Assembly: GCA_964106915.2 (NCBI GenBank)
Contig: OZ066916.1
Reading direction: 5' to 3' (one strand)
Length of the DNA: 64,000 bases
Origin: Podarcis gaigeae
Taxonomy: Eukaryota
Of the stretch, positions 61,991-64,000 are shown one piece after another. The notes under the pieces were generated by a model. It was not told the DNA's origin. It saw nothing but the letters and a program-made list of their open reading frames with translations, and did not search any database. The position numbers were made by a program, and so were the translations under genes. Position 1 is the first letter of the stretch. Each line of letters starts with the position of its first letter.

Positions 61991-64000
61991 ACAGAAGAAA
62001 CTGTAGATGTAGCATAAAGTGCTGGTGGGGCCGAAGACAGGAGTTACAGGCTGGATGTTCACCCTGTAACCTGAATGCCTGTTTCTTCAGGGATAGCCAA
62101 CATGATGCCCTTCAGACGTTCTGGACTACAACTCACCCATCACAGCCAATCGTCAGGGGTGCTGAGAGTTGTAATCCAAAACATCTGAAAGGCACCATGT
62201 TGGCGATCTCTGTACAATTAGCAATGGCTTTGACTTTCTGTGGCCTAGAAAAATAGTTCAGTCTGAACATGTATCTAGAAATCTACATGATACATGGAAA
62301 AAGGCAGGAAGGAGGGAGGGAGGAGTATGGGGAAAGCACAGAAGAAGTGTAGAGTGAAATTATCATGCTGAAGTCAAAGTACATGGTATGATTTTGCATT
62401 TCAGCCAATCTCTTCTCTTTCTTTGTTTTGCCTCAAATTATAACAACATTGCTATCGCCCACCTGCCAGCTAACAGACTTATGGATAGCTCCCAAATACT
62501 GTTGATACTTCAACTGCTCAGTCCTAGGTCTGCTGTAATGTGCGTATTTGTTGCTAGTTAAATCAGATATGTCTTCAAACTACGCATACAATGAAATACA
62601 CTTTCAGTTTCACACACTAATGCTGTAATTTGGTTTGCTTAAAAGTTAAGACAATTAACAGTATTTCATTCCTGAACAAAATTAATTTTATGGTACAATA
62701 GCTTTTCTGTATCCCATGTTAACCAATATGGAATGCTCCTCTTGGTTAATTTACTGGAGGTAGAGATCATTTTACCACACCTTAACTGCTCTGAGTATAA
62801 GGTTCTAGAACTGTGAATTTGCGTGGGGGGGGGTGATCTCTGGTCAGCTGACATGTCAAATATTGGTCAAGTAATTTGGAATATATCCACTTAAAAAAAA
62901 ATCACTGAACAGTTCAACTCAGTCTTTTATGCTGGAACACCAGAGTCCGTCTCTAATTATGAAAGGTTGTATCAAAAATTAACTTTCTAACATATAGAAA
63001 GCAAAGTAACAGTAAATATTAAACAACAGCTGTTTAAGGCAGTATGCAGTGGACCACTTCTTGTAATTTAATCAGCATCATGGCTTCATGGAATATTTGA
63101 CTGTGGTTAAATTGGTGGTTGATTGACAAGACTGAACATTTTGCCAACATGTTAACCCTGATTAAATTATCTTGCTGAAGCAGAATCTGAATAAACCACT
63201 TCCATGTCATGGCCTGATGTTACAATGGTAGAGACATGAAGGTTGTTGGTTCAGTGCAGTGCCAGATTTAGGGCAGTGTGCACGGTTCCCCTACACAGGG
63301 TGCCAAGCCATGGGAGCAAAAACAACAACAACAGCAACAACCTATATTTATATGAGTAGCTATGTAAAGTTAGGTCCCAGTCAGAAGGGCAATAGTGTTG
63401 TGATTTAGGGGGGAAGGTGATGGGGAGGCAACTTTTGTTCTTGCTCAGAATGCCCTATTACCAAAGTCTGCCTCTGGTTCAGTGAGTCTGTTCTTGTCAT
63501 GACTTACTCCAGATCCAACCCATGGATATTGCTGCTTGTAACTATCACCACTGTGATATCACACCCTGGCCACATGGAAGCATTTTACTTAAGTCTGTTG
63601 CTTGGTTGCCATGAGAGCCAGTGTGCCGCACAAGGCAGAGTGCCGGACTTAGATAATGAGAATCTGTCTTCCAATCTCTGCCCAGGCATTAAGCTCACTG
63701 GTGATCCAGGGCAAGCTACTTTACAAGGTTGTTTTGATGAGAACATTGGTTGCGTGGGTGCCACCTTGATATATTTGGAAGGATAAAATGTACCTTATTT
63801 ATTCATTCTTTAATTCATCAGGCCTTGGAGGGAAGCCAAAAGGTATTAACCTAGAGCATAATTGTATTAGAATAGACTAATAAATGTGATAGATAAATAA
63901 ATAAATGGATTAATTATGCTTATCTGCAGTATGCACCTTTAAACACTGGCCTTGAAAAAAGTTTAGGACGATGTCATTTACTTTTGGATAGGAGAAAGAA

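Overview
This is vertebrate nuclear DNA from a squamate reptile, probably a lacertid lizard, judged from the Sauria SINEs, BovB LINE and reptile-type Penelope and hAT elements. It is the segment syntenic to human 6q24. In order it holds the last six coding exons and 3' UTR of PHACTR2 (+), complete LTV1 (+, 11 coding exons, 475 aa), complete ZC2HC1B (+, 8 exons, about 230 aa), intronless SF3B5 (-, 86 aa), about 18 kb of repeat-rich intergenic DNA, and a CpG-island promoter with a non-coding first exon at about 54.6-55.05 kb, probably STX11 (coding exon outside the window). Four observations stand out. (1) PLAGL1, which lies between ZC2HC1B and SF3B5 in human, is absent: only about 660 bp separate the two convergent poly(A) signals. 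(2) Three Penelope-like insertions from two families are built as inverted repeats (150-, 58- and 485-bp arms) carrying minimal hammerhead-ribozyme cores, with a one-sided tail and AT-rich or (TA)n targets. (3) A very young hAT deletion derivative with an open C-terminal transposase frame sits in a PHACTR2 intron. (4) The second C2HC finger of ZC2HC1B lacks one residue. Exon boundaries were read by hand and gene names come from recalled protein sequences; no database search was run.
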